From the NCBI GenBank assembly GCA_001661245.1, contig KV454017.1, positions 837,903 to 901,902 on the forward strand: a stretch of DNA of 64,000 bases, written 5' to 3'. Below, in pieces: positions 33,024 through 43,712 of the stretch. Within the stretch, counting starts at the first letter, position 1, and every line of letters starts with the position of its first letter. The position numbers and the translations under genes were made by a program. The notes under the pieces were generated by a model that did not search any database, had not been told where the DNA came from, and saw only the letters and a program-made list of their open reading frames with translations. The DNA comes from Pachysolen tannophilus NRRL Y-2460. Lineage: Eukaryota.

Positions 33024-33214
33024 CAATATACATGTGAATGATGATTTTTTAAAAAATCGAATCAATTGGTGTATATATTTAAGTTCATATATGAAAGAAA
33101 AGCAAAACCCATTAGTTTTATAATAGACAAAAAAAAGAGCTAATCATATTTGAGTGTACACGACGTTTTTTTGGTTTTTGGTTTAAAAAAAAATAAAAAA
33201 AAAATTAAATAAAG

Positions 33215-33286
33215 CTCCGCGACGGGGAATTGAACCCCGGTCTACCACGCGACAAGCGGTAATTCTAGCCACTAAACTATCACGGA
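33215..33286 (-). tRNA. tRNA-Asp (anticodon GTC), 72 nt, no intron
   Basis: TCCGTGATAGTTTAGTGGCTAGAATTACCGCTTGTCGCGTGGTAGACCGGGGTTCAATTCCCCGTCGCGGAG folds as a cloverleaf with A and B boxes. Oligo-T lies downstream. Confidence 0.97.
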
Positions 33287-33862
33287 TTGCTTCAGAGACA
33301 CCGCAACTCAAACCTTGTTTGACCTACAGAAATTGTTTAAAGAAAAAAAAAATGTAAACAACAACAATTTAAAATTTTTTTTTAACTAACATCTCTCATA
33401 CAAAAGTCTTACATTACATAAAAAAACAGTAAATAAAAAAAAAATTTTTTTGTAAGAGATGGAAGCACTTTTTCTAACATTTAATATTACAAAATGATAC
33501 TTGTAAATCCTGTTTTCTCTCTTTACAAATTTGAATCATTGATTAAATTTTTCAAATTTCAAATTTTAAATCATAAATTCTGGATCAAAAAACCTCTCTT
33601 CAGAATATAACAAGAAACATATCATCTACACATACAATATTTCTATTTTGTCTTTTGTTTCTTTCTCTCGTCGTGTCAATAAACAAACATTTGATTGAGA
33701 ATTTGAACCATATCAAAACATAATATTATTTAACAAGTATAAACATAAACATAAACATAAACATAAACACAAATTACAAAAAAAAAAAGAATATTTAAAA
33801 AGGTAAACAACTGTTCATAAAGATTGTTTAATAGATTCAAGGGAATTTCAATCTTTATAAAG

Positions 33863-36684
33863 ATGGAGAATAAAGAATATCTTCAACCTGGTAAGTTCAA
33901 TTGAATAAAAATTATGGTAGCTTGGATTTTAATTGTACTAACCGAGTTTATTAGATTTTGATGCAAAGACATTAAAAGTTGCTCAGTTAAGAAATATATT
34001 ACTTGAATATGATGTTGAATATCCATCTTCAGCCAAAAAACTGGAATTGGTTAAAATATTCAATAATAGTATTAAACCCAAAGCATCACAATTGTTGAAA
34101 AATTATCAAGATATTATTAGTAATTCAAATGGTATTATCAGCGGTAAAATTGAAAATGATGAACAAAAACCGTTACAGAGTGGTACTGAAGAAGATGATG
34201 AGGTTTGGGATATTATTGATGACCAAAAACTGGAACCAAAAGTATTGGAACCAAGGAAAAATTTTACAACTCAAGAAAATGATAAAGTGTCATCACTGAT
34301 TGAAAAGACTTCTTCTATTAAAGATTCAAAAATTATTCAAAATGATGAATCGCTGCAACCAGTCTTGGTAAAGAAAACACATAAAAAGATAATTCCTAAA
34401 AAACGTTCTAATGAAAATGACAATGAAGAAAATTTTAGTCCTAGAAAAATTTCCAAGAAATCAGAAGAATCTCCAAAACTGGTGAAAGTTCCAACTTCTA
34501 GTGTTCCACATAAAAAAGAATCTTCTAATAAGGAAAAATCAGTTATCACTGCTACTGCTGCTGCAGAACAACAGAATCATACAAAGTCTAAGAACCATGT
34601 AATTGAAAAATCCCCTAAAAAAGATGAAAAAATTTTAATTGACAACAATAATGATTTGAAAAATAAGAAATCTTCTACAGCTAGAAAATTGCGTTCTGAT
34701 GATTCAAAAATTAAAAAATCTTCAAAAGGTGAAAAATCAAATAAATTACAAAAATCTGTCAAGTCTGAATTCATTAAACAACAAAAGAAAGAGGAGAAAC
34801 AAAAGAATGAAAAGAAAAATGCACTTCTTCATAATCTGGAATCTTCAAAACCTTCAGTATGGAACTCTTTTTTCTCTCCTGCTAAATCTCCTGCTAAATC
34901 TCCAGATGTATCTAATAGTGAATTTTTCACTCCAAATGGTTCTAATATTGGTACACCAAAAAAGAATACAGAAACTAATGGTAGAAGTGTTATGCCTAAT
35001 TTTTCCAGCTTAACACCATCATTTGCAAAGACTTTGGGTGTTAAAATTGTCAATTCGACTCCATTTTCTTCTTCTAACAAATCACGTAGAGGCCCGGAAA
35101 AGGAAATTAATACTGATACTGTTGAAACAAAAAATGACAATGACCAAAAAGAAAGCAAACTTCATTATCCAAATATAGAAGATGAAGAAGAAATCTTGGA
35201 AAAATTACAAGAAGAAACATCAATTCGTAACAAAGAAGCTCAGATTGATGCCAAAGAAGCTTTAAGTAGCTTGGAAGATTATAAAGACCAGTTAGAAAAT
35301 ATTAATGAAAATGGAAGTAACAAAATTCTTCATGTATTGAAAACTTTATTTTTATGTTTTTCATCTACAATTTTACTCACAATAGTAATTATGCTTACTA
35401 TTTCTTCTGTATCTTGGTACGCTGATCAGAGGAAAAATGTAGGATATTGTGGTAATGAAGTTCTTGTGAACTCTATGAAGTACTCTAAATTATCAGAATA
35501 TGAAGAACTTCTGCCATACGTTCAGTCATATGAAAAATTTTTGATTAAACATTTTAGACCAAACTGCAGACCATGTCCTGAACATGGTAAATGTTATCCA
35601 TATTTATCATTATATTGTGACGAAGATTATGTAATGGTTACACCATGGTACACTTTTGGAGGCTTGTATTTTGGAGGCTCTCAATGTGTTAAAGATTCTC
35701 AGAAAGAAGAAGCTGTTGACGAAATGATTTCATACGCTTTAGATATTTTGAGAGCAAAAAATGCAGAGAACTGTGGTAAAGATTATATAGGTTTCACAAC
35801 AGAAGAGATGTATGAAATATTGAAAGAAACTCGACAACCATGGTTAAGTGTTGAAGAATTTGATGAATTATGGGAAAAGGTTGTTGAAGATTTAGCTAGT
35901 GAGCCAGAAATTACTGTAAGGCAGGTTTTTTTTCCAACAAACAAAATAGAAAAGTGAAAATCATCTAAATCGAATAAAGATACAATTTTATTTATTATTC
36001 ACTTTTTTAATGTGATTGAATTGTGATATTTTTTTGATTTAGATTTTTTTTCCTTTTCATTGTTTTAACTGAAGAAGCATAATATTTACTAACATCAAAA
36101 AAAAATTTTTTTATTTATAGTTTCAACTCGATAATAACGCTCAGCAAAGAAAAATATCAAAATCAAGTTTTGAGCAGCATGCTGAGCCGGCAACTGAAAA
36201 CTTCCAAAACCAAATTATTCGGTCGTCATCAAAGTCGAAGTACAGTTTCAGATGTAAGTTACAGGAACATGTCTATAACAGATTGGCCTATCTTAAGTAC
36301 CCATTTTATGGAATAATGATTCTTGTATTATTTTATTGTTTTGCCAAATATCAGTATAATCAATATATGCAAGAAAAAATCAAAGTTAATTCTTTGTACA
36401 AATTAATAATAAAGAGGTTGAGAAAGCAAATTCAAATATATAAGAATGATACCACTGGGAAAGAAAGAGAATTTATGGTAATGATTCAAATAAGAGATAT
36501 GTTACTCGAAAATGATAGTCAGAAGACGAGGGACAGAATATGGACAAAAATTAGGAACAAAGTTGATCTAAACTCTAATATTGAACAGAGAATCAATGAA
36601 GTGGACGGAGAGCTTGTGAGAACATGGAGATGGATAGGTATAAATAATGACGATGACGAATTAATACAAGAAGCTAAATATTGA
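33863..36684 (+). CDS. SRC1: LEM/HEH inner nuclear membrane protein Src1/Heh1; exons 33863-33890, 33955-35924 (or 35915) and 36121-36684
   Basis: Spliced N-terminus MENKEYLQPDFDAKTLKVAQLRNILLEYDVEYPSSAKKxELVKIF (HEH domain). Then a TM helix, VGYCG, CRPCPEHGKC, EPEITVRQ, a second TM, and the MAN1/MSC C-terminus ending EVDGELVRTWRW. Confidence 0.9.
33891..33954 (+). other. SRC1 intron 1 (64 nt, phase 1)
   Basis: GTAAGT at 33891, TACTAAC at 33936-33942, TAG at 33952-33954. The frame is restored. Confidence 0.92.
35916..36120 (+). other. SRC1 intron 2, with candidate donors at 35916 (GTAAGG), 35921 (GCAGGT) and 35925 (GTTTTT)
   Basis: TACTAAC at 36087-36093 and TAG at 36118-36120. Phase-0 joining links the 636-aa ORF to the 133-aa ORF through an open frame. 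Confidence 0.8.
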
Positions 36685-37102
36685 TTTGTTCATAATAAAA
36701 ACTTTGTATCTTTTCATTTTGTTTTTCAATTATTTTAATACTTTTTTTGTTAATTAAATGTAACAATTTCCGAATATAAACATACAAATATAAACATACA
36801 AACTGTTCTTTTTAATGTACTGTATATTCAATTCCAAAAAGTTCATTTATCCATCTTCAAGCTGAATTTATTTGTATTTGTTTCGATCAAATACGTTGAA
36901 CTCAATAAATGTTAAGCTGATTAAAAAGATTAAATTTTTAAATTTTATAAATTTTTTAAAAAAAATTTTTTTTGTTTCTCTTTTTCGCTCTCCTAACTAA
37001 TCTTGATAAATTTAATAATTTTTGATTTTAACATTATAAAGCTGTTGAAACTAATTAATTACATTTATTACCATCAAGATACTTGTATCTAGTAAATTGG
37101 AA

Positions 37103-38164
37103 ATGGCATCAATATCGTCTTCGTCTTCTTCTTCTTCTTCTTCTATATGGAGAGTGCCTGAACCGATCAAGCTGGTTTTTGACACTTTCCCATTGAAGAC
37201 ATATTCGCTGAATAAGAAATCAGATTTGACTTTATTTCCCCAAAATACAACAAACAAGTTTGAATTGATTAAAAAAGATCAAGATCAAAGTCAATTTTCT
37301 AGTCAAGGAAATTTCCAACTTGGTGTTTATAATGTTTCAAAATATGTTAAGGATCCAAATGTGTTGATACCAACAGATCCGATTTGTTTATCCACGCTAC
37401 TTATAATAAATTTAAGAAATGGGTTATTATTGCCCAAAGTGAAGTTTCCCGAGGGTGACAATGGGAACATCAAGAATAACAACTTTATAACAATATTATC
37501 GTACCATGCATCTTATGATGGTGAATTGCCACTTTTAATTGAAGATAATAGTGGTAAAAATCTTCAAAAATCAATTAAATCCACTAGTTTAATAAACGAT
37601 TTAAATTTGACAAGGTGTACAGATAATAAAGAATTTTTCAAATGTCAAGTTGTTGATTCTATATTATATGATTGTTGGGTAATAACTGTATTGTATGAAT
37701 TATCTGATTTACAAAAATTAAAGATTTATACAGATTTATTAAATGATAAAGAAAATTCTATGGTATTAGATACTTTAACTTTAAACGATTTACTCGCTTC
37801 CACTTTAATAACAAGATTTTCCTTTAACATTAGAAACGAGAATCTTGCATCTTATTGGTCAAACAATAATTTGATTAAAAATCTTGTATATCGAAGATCA
37901 CTTTTACTGAAAATTGAAATGGAAAAAAATTCAATTTTTCGCAAGACTTTAGAAATTTTGGAAATTTTTGAACAAGAATTAGCTAAATCAAATTTTTTCT
38001 TAGAAGAAAATAATAAAGAATTACCAAGTATATTAGATTGTAAAATTGCTGGTTTAGTCTATTGTATTTTACAATGGTGTGAAGGAAGCAAACTTTATGC
38101 AATGATTAACACTTTACCCAATCTCAAATCCCATTGTTATAGATGTATAGATAAATGTATATAA
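37103..38164 (+). CDS. SAM35: SAM complex subunit Sam35 (metaxin-like; first ATG 37103)
   Basis: WRVPEPIKLVFDTFPLKTY, LGVYNV, PTDPICL and ASYDGELPLLIED. Adjacent to STE12 as in S. cerevisiae. Confidence 0.82.
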   Translation: MASISSSSSSSSSSIWRVPEPIKLVFDTFPLKTYSLNKKSDLTLFPQNTTNKFELIKKDQDQSQFSSQGNFQLGVYNVSKYVKDPNVLIPTDPICLSTLLIINLRNGLLLPKVKFPEGDNGNIKNNNFITILSYHASYDGELPLLIEDNSGKNLQKSIKSTSLINDLNLTRCTDNKEFFKCQVVDSILYDCWVITVLYELSDLQKLKIYTDLLNDKENSMVLDTLTLNDLLASTLITRFSFNIRNENLASYWSNNNLIKNLVYRRSLLLKIEMEKNSIFRKTLEILEIFEQELAKSNFFLEENNKELPSILDCKIAGLVYCILQWCEGSKLYAMINTLPNLKSHCYRCIDKCI

Positions 38165-38231
38165 AAAAGAATAAACGGATTCTAGAACTTGTTTGCCCTT
38201 ATCTTACTTATACTACTAACCAAAATCGAAT

Positions 38232-38811
38232 TGAAACACTCTTTCCAAACTCTTTGGTTTCATACAAAAATATAAAGTCAATAATTTATATATTGGTATT
38301 ATTTATGGGCACAAAAAAAAAATTTAAGCCGCACATATTATACATACACACATACAAATTCCCATGTTTTACTTTTAACGTATGAACATGAAACAAGTAA
38401 CAGCTTGATAGAGGAAAGAGGTTTAAAAGACAATAGATTGATAGATTGATAGATTGATAGATAGATAGATAGATAAATAGATAAAGATTAATTATATTTT
38501 CTGAAACAAGATATACAATAGAAGAAGAAGTAAAACGGGGGAAGGAGAAAAAGGGTTTTTTTCATTTTGAGGTACTTTAGGTACTTTAGAATTGTTTTTT
38601 TTTCAAATCGGTGAACTTAACTTTTACTACTTGTTTTTTTTATTATCTTATCCTATAGTACCACATTTTTTTTTTACCTAAAACTGTCCAAAAATGTGCC
38701 TCATTTACATACATTGTAAATAAAAACAGTAAATACATTGGGGACTTAACTTTACTTGTTTTTTTCTTTTTTCTTTTTTTTTAATATATTTATCTATACC
38801 TTGATGTTTCA
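38232..38811. promoter_or_regulatory. Cluster of pheromone response elements (TGAAACA) upstream of STE12
   Basis: Perfect TGAAACA at 38232, 38389 and 38502 (+), and at 38805-38811 (-). Confidence 0.65.
38433..38487 (+). repeat. GATT/GATA microsatellite
   Basis: atagattgatagattgatagattgatagatagatagatagataaatagataaagat. Confidence 0.8.
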
Positions 38812-39323
38812 TAATTTTTTCATTGAAAAACCATCATTAATTGATTCTTGCGGATGATTATATTATTATCATCTTTGAAAAAATTGTATTAGGATCTTAC
38901 ATTTTGAAACCTTTAATATATATTCTCTTGAAACCCAAACCCAAACCCAAATAATTTTTTTTTTTATTTTGGCTTTTTTTGGCTTTTTGTTTTTTTTTGT
39001 TTTTGGCTTTTTTGTTGCAACAAGAAGTATATTATTAAACAATATTAACTTTGTTATTTTCAAGTATTTTACTAGATAATCATCAAGTTAATTCTATCAT
39101 TCATTCATTCGTTTTACTTTAATACCGATATTTCTTCAATTCGTTTCAATTTTTCATTACCATTTCAATATTGACTTTTTCTTTGTTGAAATTTTTTTTA
39201 TTATTATTATTCATATTTCCATTGTTGTTTATCCATTAGAAATTATAACGCTTTGAATTTCCATTATTTATTTTCTTTTTAGTTTGTTTTGTTTGGTTTG
39301 TTTGGTTTAATGGATAGTCGAAA

Positions 39324-41507
39324 ATGCCCTATACCACGTCTATAGTGACGAACAATTCTGTTCCTCCTCCTCCAGCTGAATCGGTGGAAGAATCATTAAG
39401 GTTAATTGATGATTTAAAATTTTTTTTAGCTACAGCGCCTGCTAATTGGCAAGAAAATCAAATAATTAGAAGATATTATTTAAATAATCAAGAAGGTTTT
39501 ATAAGTTGTATTTTTTGGAAAAATATTTATTATATAACAGGAACTGATATTGTACGTGCTATTTCATATAAATTTAAACATTTTGGTAGAGAACTTTCAG
39601 ATCAAAAAAAATTTGAAGAAGGTGTATTTAGTGATTTAAGAAGTTTAAAATGTGGTACAGATGCTGTATTAGAAATGCCAAAATCAGATTTTTTAAAATT
39701 TTTACATAAAAATTCATGTTTAAGAACTCAAAAGAAACAAAAAGTATTTTTTTGGTTTAGTGTTCCACATGATAAATTATTTAGTGATGCTTTAGAAAGA
39801 GATTTGAAAAAAGAATTAAGTAATCAAAATGCAACTACAAGACCTATGCATGAACCACTGTTATCGTTTAAATATGATCAAAGTAAACCATTATATGATC
39901 AATTATTAAATCATTTGAATTCGAAAAAGAAACAAGTTGAAGATCTCGATTCAGATGCTACTAATATTTTAACTGCCAGTGATGTAGCTTATGGAGATGA
40001 TAATAATAATATAGATATGGATAAGACTTTAAGTACTGTGATTGAAAATTCCAATAATGAAAACGATGTAGAAGCACAGTATTTAATAGATTCCGAAGTA
40101 GATGAGAAATCAAGTCCTTTATTTGTGTCTGAAAAGCTTCCGGGCACTGGTGTTAGTGTCACAACAGCGGCAGCAGCAGCAGCAGCAGTAGCAGCAGCTA
40201 CTGCTGCTGCAAGTGCAGGAGATGATGTACTGGACACTATAAATGCTGATGATGATCATATAGGAGAAAATGCTAGAAGATCTGGATCAATAAAATCAGA
40301 TTATGAAGATGATGATTTCCCCTTGGATTATTTTCAAGCTGCTGATGATTACCTTATAGAGACTAATGATGGTATACCTGGTGATTTCTTAGATCCTTCG
40401 ATCTTCTTTAATGATGCTCTGCTGCATCATCAACAACAACAACAACAGCTTCTTATTGATCAATCTGAAAAATATGTTCAACCTTCATCTATAACGAATT
40501 ACCCCCAATTTCCACCAACAACAGCCGGACAACAATTTTTCAAAACAACAAATTCACCTATTCAACTGCAACTGCAGTTTTACCAGCTTCAGCAGCAGCA
40601 ATTGCAGTTGCAACAACAACAACAACAACAACTGCTGCTGCAACTGCAACTGCTGCAACAACATCAACAACAACAACAACTGCTGCTACAACTACAACTG
40701 CAGCAGCAGCAGCAGCTGCTGCTGCTGCCTTATGATTATTTAAGCCCGGGCATATACGACGACCCTTTAGCGATACAACAGTTTCCATCATACCATGAAT
40801 TCTCAGCAACAGGACCTCAAATACCGCCACCAATATCACACTCAACTTTGGATCCATATATCTCATATGCTTCGCAATACCCTACAATACCGTCATCGCA
40901 ACAATTGTTATACTCTTATTATGAGCAACAACTGCAACAAGTACAACTGTTTTCTCCTGCAAATGTACAATTTTTAAGAAGTTTTGCTTCATCTCTGGTT
41001 CATCCAACTTCTGCGAATTCTTCGAATTTCCCACACCTGTCCAATCCTCCTCCTAAATCTGCAAGATTAATTCAACAACATCATAAAAATATGCTTTGGA
41101 AAAGACAACTGCTGTTAAATCAAAAGAATGGGAGTACAAACTTAAATGGAGACACTAATTCTAAGATAACCAAGCCAAATGGGTTGAAGAGACAAGTTTA
41201 CAAAAACACGGCTTTACAAAAATTACATTTACAAGATAATACTGATACTACAACCAACATTTCTAATATCGATGAAAACAGTACCAGCAGTGCTCCTAAC
41301 GACACCAATAATACCACTATTAATTCTATTACAAATACTACAAATACTACTACCACCGGGAATGGCAATAGCACCAGCACTTCCACCATTTCTACAGATT
41401 CAGAATCTCAGTTACAAAGACCGCAGGACTCGGTTAGAAAACCAAAGATCAAAATAGAACAACAGCCGGATTTAAATGACTATTTAGTAAATACTGGAGA
41501 TAGTTGA
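39324..41507 (+). CDS. STE12: STE-domain transcription factor Ste12/Cph1
   Basis: LKFFLATAPANWQENQIIRRYYL, KKFEEGVFSDLRSLKCG, CLRTQKKQKVFFWFSVPHDKLFSDALERDLKKE and DDFPLDYF. No C-terminal C2H2 fingers. Confidence 0.96.
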   Translation: MPYTTSIVTNNSVPPPPAESVEESLRLIDDLKFFLATAPANWQENQIIRRYYLNNQEGFISCIFWKNIYYITGTDIVRAISYKFKHFGRELSDQKKFEEGVFSDLRSLKCGTDAVLEMPKSDFLKFLHKNSCLRTQKKQKVFFWFSVPHDKLFSDALERDLKKELSNQNATTRPMHEPLLSFKYDQSKPLYDQLLNHLNSKKKQVEDLDSDATNILTASDVAYGDDNNNIDMDKTLSTVIENSNNENDVEAQYLIDSEVDEKSSPLFVSEKLPGTGVSVTTAAAAAAAVAAATAAASAGDDVLDTINADDDHIGENARRSGSIKSDYEDDDFPLDYFQAADDYLIETNDGIPGDFLDPSIFFNDALLHHQQQQQQLLIDQSEKYVQPSSITNYPQFPPTTAGQQFFKTTNSPIQLQLQFYQLQQQQLQLQQQQQQQLLLQLQLLQQHQQQQQLLLQLQLQQQQQLLLLPYDYLSPGIYDDPLAIQQFPSYHEFSATGPQIPPPISHSTLDPYISYASQYPTIPSSQQLLYSYYEQQLQQVQLFSPANVQFLRSFASSLVHPTSANSSNFPHLSNPPPKSARLIQQHHKNMLWKRQLLLNQKNGSTNLNGDTNSKITKPNGLKRQVYKNTALQKLHLQDNTDTTTNISNIDENSTSSAPNDTNNTTINSITNTTNTTTTGNGNSTSTSTISTDSESQLQRPQDSVRKPKIKIEQQPDLNDYLVNTGDS

Positions 41508-42547
41508 CTAAATATCAAATCTACTATATTTCATACATTATAATTTATAATACCTAATAATTTTTATTTTTTTTTATTTTTTATTTTGTTTCCTCCCCCA
41601 TTTCATATCATATCATTTCTATTCTATTCTATTCTATTCTAGGCATATGTTTTTTTTTTTTATTACTCTTATCTTTTCCATGTTTCTTTTAAATACTTTG
41701 GACGGTGTTACCTATTTTTCTTCTACTATAAAGCAGCAGTTTAATAATGATGTACGATTTTCAGAAAAAAACCACACACAATACATAAAAACACATAAAG
41801 TCGTGGATAGACTCAATTTTGTTTTTTTTGGGAGATACGGCCCTAACGGGTAGTGTTTATGTAATAGATTTTAGAATTTCATGGAACCTAAAGGAACTTA
41901 AAAGAATTTAAAGAATTAAAAGAAAAAAATGAATTTGTTAATTGATAATTTTGACAGAATCCAATATCTATGGTGTTAATGACACGTAACTAAGCTAAGA
42001 TGTTATGAGCGCGCACACAAGCGCGCGCCCTTAAACGATATCCCAACAGCGTTTATTAATCTTTGTTTTAACCGCTGTTAAAACTTCTCTCTTTTGATGT
42101 ACAAAAAAGTATACTAGTTATATTCTATATACTTTATTTGAATTAACAATAATTATTATATTAAATAACAAATTAAAAAATAGAAATAGAAATAGAAATA
42201 ACAGAAAAAGAATTAGGATTAATTAAAAAAAAATAAAAAAAAACTTTAAAAGCAAAAGAGAAAGAGAGAAACAAGGGAAAGAAAGGGAAAGAAGAGAAAG
42301 GAAAAAAAAAAAAAAAGGAAAAAGCAAAATTGAATTTAATTTATTATTAACCGCTGAAGGCAAGAAGGTTAGGTGGAGATCAGTTATTAATATTAAATAA
42401 ATTAAATTAAATTAAATTCAAATTTTTTAAAAATATTCTTTCTTATTTCATCTCTTTTCTTATCACAATAAGAAGAAGAAGAAGAGGAAGAAGAATAGAA
42501 AAAAGGAAGGTTCAGAGTTTGATCAAATCATAATTCAAGTCATTTTT

Positions 42548-42600
<53 letters not shown>

Positions 42601-43200
42601 NNNNNNNNNNNNNNNNNNNNNNNNNNNNNNNNNNNNNNNNNNNNNNNNNNNNNNNNNNNNNNNNNNNNNNNNNNNNNNNNNNNNNNNNNNNNNNNNNNNN
42701 NNNNNNNNNNNNNNNNNNNNNNNNNNNNNNNNNNNNNNNNNNNNNNNNNNNNNNNNNNNNNNNNNNNNNNNNNNNNNNNNNNNNNNNNNNNNNNNNNNNN
42801 NNNNNNNNNNNNNNNNNNNNNNNNNNNNNNNNNNNNNNNNNNNNNNNNNNNNNNNNNNNNNNNNNNNNNNNNNNNNNNNNNNNNNNNNNNNNNNNNNNNN
42901 NNNNNNNNNNNNNNNNNNNNNNNNNNNNNNNNNNNNNNNNNNNNNNNNNNNNNNNNNNNNNNNNNNNNNNNNNNNNNNNNNNNNNNNNNNNNNNNNNNNN
43001 NNNNNNNNNNNNNNNNNNNNNNNNNNNNNNNNNNNNNNNNNNNNNNNNNNNNNNNNNNNNNNNNNNNNNNNNNNNNNNNNNNNNNNNNNNNNNNNNNNNN
43101 NNNNNNNNNNNNNNNNNNNNNNNNNNNNNNNNNNNNNNNNNNNNNNNNNNNNNNNNNNNNNNNNNNNNNNNNNNNNNNNNNNNNNNNNNNNNNNNNNNNN
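42601..43200. other. Assembly gap (600 N), preceded by a long poly-T run
   Basis: Run of N characters seen directly. Confidence 1.
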
Positions 43201-43712
43201 TTTTGGCGCTGATTCTCTTGTGTTGAGTTTTCATAATTGGTAATTGGTTCTTTTTTTTTTTTTTCTTTTTTGTTTGTTATTATTTTTGTTTTAAGTCATT
43301 ATCGGATTTGACTGAGTTGGTTAACTATCATTTTGCTTTGGGAGTTTCACGTTTGGTTTTAATTTGTTTAAAGGCTCATTCATCCGTATTATCACATATT
43401 ATTATTAGATATATTTGATTTCATTTCAAGTTTTATGAAGGTTTAATTCAAAGTTTTGTGTTTTCAGTTTAGGAGTGGTATATATCATCAGCACATTTGT
43501 TAATTGTTGCATTCATTTTTTTTTTTTTTTTTTATTTTTTTTTCGTTTCAAGCAAAAACTTCGGTTCATATATTTGTTTCATTATCTATCTTTGCAATTC
43601 ATTCTAAATCATAGTTTTTGTGCTCATTTTTGCTAATTTTTTTTTTTTTTGTTGTTGTCTGTTTCTTTTATTTTTATTTTTTTTTTTTTTTTTTTTTTTT
43701 CCTGTTTTTGAA

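Noticed and set aside
38214..38220. TACTAAC downstream of SAM35
   Set aside because: No suitable donor/acceptor arrangement; probably chance.
42512..43234. 240-aa ORF
   Set aside because: Artefact of reading through the N gap and poly-T.
43620..43712. N-terminal extensions in the ORF track (also for NSP1, BUD22, PCP1, SAM35, LRP1 and the Dep1-like gene)
   Set aside because: Mostly TTG starts and/or poly-T, poly-A or AT-repeat leaders. The downstream ATG fits better in a eukaryote.
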